This document shows, in pieces, positions 63,706 through 64,000 of a DNA stretch of 64,000 nt (its first letter is position 1; each line of letters opens with the position of its first letter). Below the pieces are notes generated by a model. That model was not told the origin of the DNA. It saw only the letters and a program-made list of their open reading frames with translations, and ran no database searches. The stretch comes from Tricharina praecox. Its lineage: Eukaryota. The stretch covers positions 310,001 through 374,000 of the forward strand of contig NW_026250429.1 in the NCBI RefSeq assembly GCF_024521635.1, in the 5' to 3' direction. A program made the position numbers and the translations under genes.

Positions 63706-64000
63706 ATGCCGACCGCACCCCCGCCCAACAGCACCACGACCGCGACCACCGCGCCCCCGGCCCCCTCTACGAATGAAAAGCGGCGGCCCGCCACACACGC
63801 GCCCCCGGCGCTCGAAGCGCAGACCTCGACGGGCTCCGTCAACTCCAACGGCCTGCACGCGCACGAGGGGATCGAGGGCATGGGCTGGGACACACTACCG
63901 CTCTCGGTTCTGCACAGCTACCGCACCGCATACCACCTGTCCGTCCCGTCCGCGTCGGAACCCTACCGGAACATGGTGCTCAACGCCGGCGTGGGCCGGC
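63706..64000 (+). CDS. Probable Sin3-HDAC subunit SAP30-like protein, 5' part; runs off the window end
   Basis: ATG in CACCATG context and an open frame to the window end. WDTLPLSVLHSYRTAYHL resembles the fungal SAP30 Sin3-binding region. Confidence 0.65.
   Translation, partial: MPTAPPPNSTTTATTAPPAPSTNEKRRPATHAPPALEAQTSTGSVNSNGLHAHEGIEGMGWDTLPLSVLHSYRTAYHLSVPSASEPYRNMVLNAGVGR

Overview
This is fungal (filamentous ascomycete) genomic DNA with spliceosomal introns; the large, microsatellite-rich intergenic tracts suggest a Pezizomycete-like genome (inference only). The first ~51 kb are gene-poor and hold four genes: creA, a Clg1-type cyclin, RSC7/NPL6 and OLE1. The last ~13 kb are gene-dense: a Phf1-like PHD protein, a Mob3/phocein homolog, PUP2, SPC97/GCP2, NOT2, a sideroflexin-like membrane protein and a partial SAP30. 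The least explained structure is a composite ~0.7-kb repeat. Each unit has a conserved head motif, an ATTCACTCTT-type minisatellite and a protein-like segment (PPPRRxLxIxLExxxxPARYLFHAFxRKTTR). It forms two oppositely oriented clusters (20.2-23.7 kb and 39.2-40.8 kb) bracketing the cyclin and RSC7 genes. A TA-flanked TIR element is nested in the left cluster, and each cluster carries a copy of the same solo-LTR-like sequence. Also notable are kilobase-scale AUG-free upstream regions, each with one short uORF, ahead of creA and the cyclin, and a possible linker-histone-like winged-helix domain on the PHD protein. I recognised no tRNA, rRNA or CRISPR array. All calls are by eye, with no database searches.
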